This document shows, piece after piece, positions 61,842-64,000 of a stretch of 64,000 bases of DNA. How positions within the stretch are numbered: the first letter of the stretch is position 1; each line of letters begins with the position of its first letter. The DNA comes from Kofleriaceae bacterium (GTDB lineage: Bacteria > Myxococcota_A > Polyangia > Haliangiales > Haliangiaceae): NCBI GenBank assembly GCA_965215005.1, contig CBDCCZ010000004.1:1-64000 (forward strand). The letters run 5' to 3'. The notes below the pieces were generated by a model that saw only the letters and a list, made by a program, of their open reading frames with translations, did no database searches and was not told the origin of the DNA. A program made the position numbers and the translations under genes.

Positions 61842-62465
61842 TCAACCTTCGCGCCAACCAGACCCTTTGCCGCCCTGTGTGGCCACCGAGCGATCGCCGA
61901 TCTTCTCGCTCAACGCCATCATCATCTCTTTGGTCATGATCGCATCGCCGCGTTCTTCGACTGGCAGCGCATGAGCACCCGTGTCCATGCGAATCGCGTC
62001 GCACGGGCATGCCTCGACGCAGAGGCCGCACACGATGCAGCGGAGCTCATCGATCTCAAACACTGCCGGATACTTCTCCACGCCCTTGTCATCGGTCTCT
62101 GCCGGGACGATGGTGATGCAGTTGGCGGGGCACACCGTGGGGCAGCACATGCACGCAACGCAACGAACCCGGCCATCGTCGCGCAGCATGAGCCGATGGA
62201 GTCCACGATTGCGCTCGGGATACTTCACCGGCTCTTCCGGATACTCGATGGTCTCGATGTCGTTGTTGCCCTTGCCGCGGAAGAAGTTCTTGCCGAAGTG
62301 TCGGATCGTGATGCCGAGACCGGTAAGGGTCGCCTTCAGAAACGATGCTTCCTGCGCCTCCGGGCGCGTGATCTGAACGGTGCGGTGCTTTGGGTTCTTC
62401 TCCGAAACCGAGAGCACTTTTAGTCCCGCGGGCTCCGCGACAGTCTCTGCGTGGGTGGTTGCCAT
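61842..62465 (-). CDS. nuoI: NADH-quinone oxidoreductase subunit I
   Basis: YPEE, RGLHRL, CVACMCCPTVCP, CIVCGLCVEACP. Confidence 0.95.
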   Translation of the reverse strand: MATTHAETVAEPAGLKVLSVSEKNPKHRTVQITRPEAQEASFLKATLTGLGITIRHFGKNFFRGKGNNDIETIEYPEEPVKYPERNRGLHRLMLRDDGRVRCVACMCCPTVCPANCITIVPAETDDKGVEKYPAVFEIDELRCIVCGLCVEACPCDAIRMDTGAHALPVEERGDAIMTKEMMMALSEKIGDRSVATQGGKGSGWREG

Positions 62466-62515
62466 GTCGTACCTCGTTGTATCGTGCTCTCGCCGTTGCG
62501 CAACTGGCGACGAAG

Positions 62516-63793
62516 TCAGCGCCGGGCGCGTGAAAGGCCAATCCCGGCGACCACCACCAACCCGATGAGCTGCAAGATCCCGAGCAGCTCAACGCCGCCG
62601 ATGGCCGAGTAGGGGCCGAGCGGGATGAGCCGGGCGGGCAGCAGCGCGAACAGTGCCGTTGCCATGATGTTGGCGAGCGCCAACGGCAGCAGCACTTTCC
62701 AGCCGAGATTCATGAGTTGGTCACCGCGGAATCGCGGCAGCGTCCAGCGGATGGCCAGCTGCAGCCAGCAAAAGAACAACACCTTCACGCCCCACGTCCC
62801 GAACTGGATCAGGATCACCGCCCAGTGCGGCAGGTAAACGGCTCCGAGCGCGCCAAAGTGAAACCCATCGGTGGCCAAGAACGGGAACTGCCACCCACCA
62901 AAGAACACGGTGGTCATCACCGCGGAGATGAAAACGATCTCGATGAACTCACCGAGGAAGAACATGCCCCAGCGCAGGCCGGAGTATTCTACGAAGTAGC
63001 CAATGATCTCGGGCTCGCCCTCGGGAATATCGAAGGGCGCGCGCTTGGTTTCGGCAATCGCCGCCACGAAGAACAGCAAGCACGCCAGCGGTTGCAGTGC
63101 CCAGCCCCAGTTCCACGGCAGCGGCCCCTGCGCCCACACCATCGCGCCCGGCTCCAGCGTCCCGAGCACCAGGAACACACCCATGGCGGTCAGGCCCATG
63201 GAGACCTCGTAGCTCATCATCTGCGAGGACGCGCGCAGCCCGCCGAGCAGAGCCCATTTGTTGTAGCTGGCCCACCCCGCGATGGTCGCGCCGTAGTTGG
63301 CCAGTGTAAGGATCGCAAAGTAGAAGATCAGGCCGAACTCGATCTCCAAGACTTGCAGCGGGATCGCATCGGCAAACCGACCGCCTGCGTCGCTCATGAC
63401 CGCCTGGGATAGGACGTACGGGTCGATGACGTCGCCGAGGGCGTGTGGGTAAATGGTGGGCCCGAAGGGGATGATGGCAAAGGCGATGAGCACCGGTGCC
63501 AGTGCGAGCACCGGCGCCAAACTGAAGAGCCAGCGGTGGGCGTTGGCCGGCATGAAGTCTTCTTTGCCGATCATCTTGATGGCGTCGGCAACGAAGTGCA
63601 GAACGCCCTTGAGACGAATCGGACCGATGTTGGCGCGGTTGGGACCGAGCCGATCTTGCATCATGGCGCTTTGGCGACGCTCTGCCCACGTGAGCAGCGA
63701 TGCCACCGGCATGACGAAGGCAAACACCAGAAACAGCCACTTGGTGCCCGGCCAGTGGATGGTCCACCAGAGAGCGTCTTTGACGACTTCCAT
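62516..63793 (-). CDS. nuoH: NADH-quinone oxidoreductase subunit H
   Basis: ERR...QDRLGPNR, ADAIKM..KED, LRASSQMMSYE, AETKRAPFD.PE.E.E, RWTLPRFR.DQLM..GWK. Confidence 0.96.
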   Translation of the reverse strand: MEVVKDALWWTIHWPGTKWLFLVFAFVMPVASLLTWAERRQSAMMQDRLGPNRANIGPIRLKGVLHFVADAIKMIGKEDFMPANAHRWLFSLAPVLALAPVLIAFAIIPFGPTIYPHALGDVIDPYVLSQAVMSDAGGRFADAIPLQVLEIEFGLIFYFAILTLANYGATIAGWASYNKWALLGGLRASSQMMSYEVSMGLTAMGVFLVLGTLEPGAMVWAQGPLPWNWGWALQPLACLLFFVAAIAETKRAPFDIPEGEPEIIGYFVEYSGLRWGMFFLGEFIEIVFISAVMTTVFFGGWQFPFLATDGFHFGALGAVYLPHWAVILIQFGTWGVKVLFFCWLQLAIRWTLPRFRGDQLMNLGWKVLLPLALANIMATALFALLPARLIPLGPYSAIGGVELLGILQLIGLVVVAGIGLSRARR

Positions 63794-63796
63794 CGG

Positions 63797-64000
63797 TTAG
63801 CCTCGCGAGTTGGCCCAGCGCAGCTGAGTAGGAATGACTTCCTTACCCCAATCCGCGCCTTTGAATGCCTCGACGGCAGCGATCATCTCTTTGAAGATGA
63901 GCTTTGGGTGGGTGTAATCGACCGCCGCGCTGGCCGCGCGACCGAGGCGGTTGATCACCTCCCACGCTGGCAGCGCTTGACCCATGGGTGGATAGGCTGC
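63797..64000 (-). CDS. nuoG: C-terminus of NADH-quinone oxidoreductase subunit G (partial)
   Basis: Position directly upstream of nuoH; G.A.PAWEVI..L molybdopterin-family tail. Confidence 0.65.
   Translation of the reverse strand, partial: AAYPPMGQALPAWEVINRLGRAASAAVDYTHPKLIFKEMIAAVEAFKGADWGKEVIPTQLRWANSRG

Overview
High-GC genomic window, most likely from a myxobacterium (MYXO-CTERM sorting tag, lipoprotein proteases, sigma54-type promoters). About 1-13.8 kb is a mobile/accessory island. It holds two head-to-tail IS66 isoforms, a 5'-truncated WD40 gene, a 62-aa double-glycine RiPP-like peptide beside an S41 peptidase, and IS3 and IS66 scraps. It also holds an sdpABC-like operon: a secreted glycine-zipper toxin-like precursor, an SdpA-like protein, and an HTTM/SdpB-like gene split by an ISKra4-family element with a clean 8-bp target duplication. 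14-23 kb: S8 protease, XPB-like helicase + DUF790/Bax1-like pair, YccF, a degenerate sigma54-activator, S9 DPP-IV. 23.7-32.1 kb: a full-length LanB dehydratase with no adjacent LanC or clear LanA, a pseudo-receiver-GAF-HlyD fusion, a frameshifted C39-ABC exporter and a second adaptor. The rest is mostly core genes (acyl-CoA ligase, NRAMP-like transporter, M16 protease, crcB, two-component genes, gltX, GT2, 6S RNA, nuoGHI). Oddities there are a 7-copy structured-RNA hairpin array with covariation upstream of an H-NS-like-architecture gene, an orphan tandem-domain tail-tube gene, and a Zn-finger-ParA + RHH pair. All calls come from motif recognition by eye; no database searches were run.
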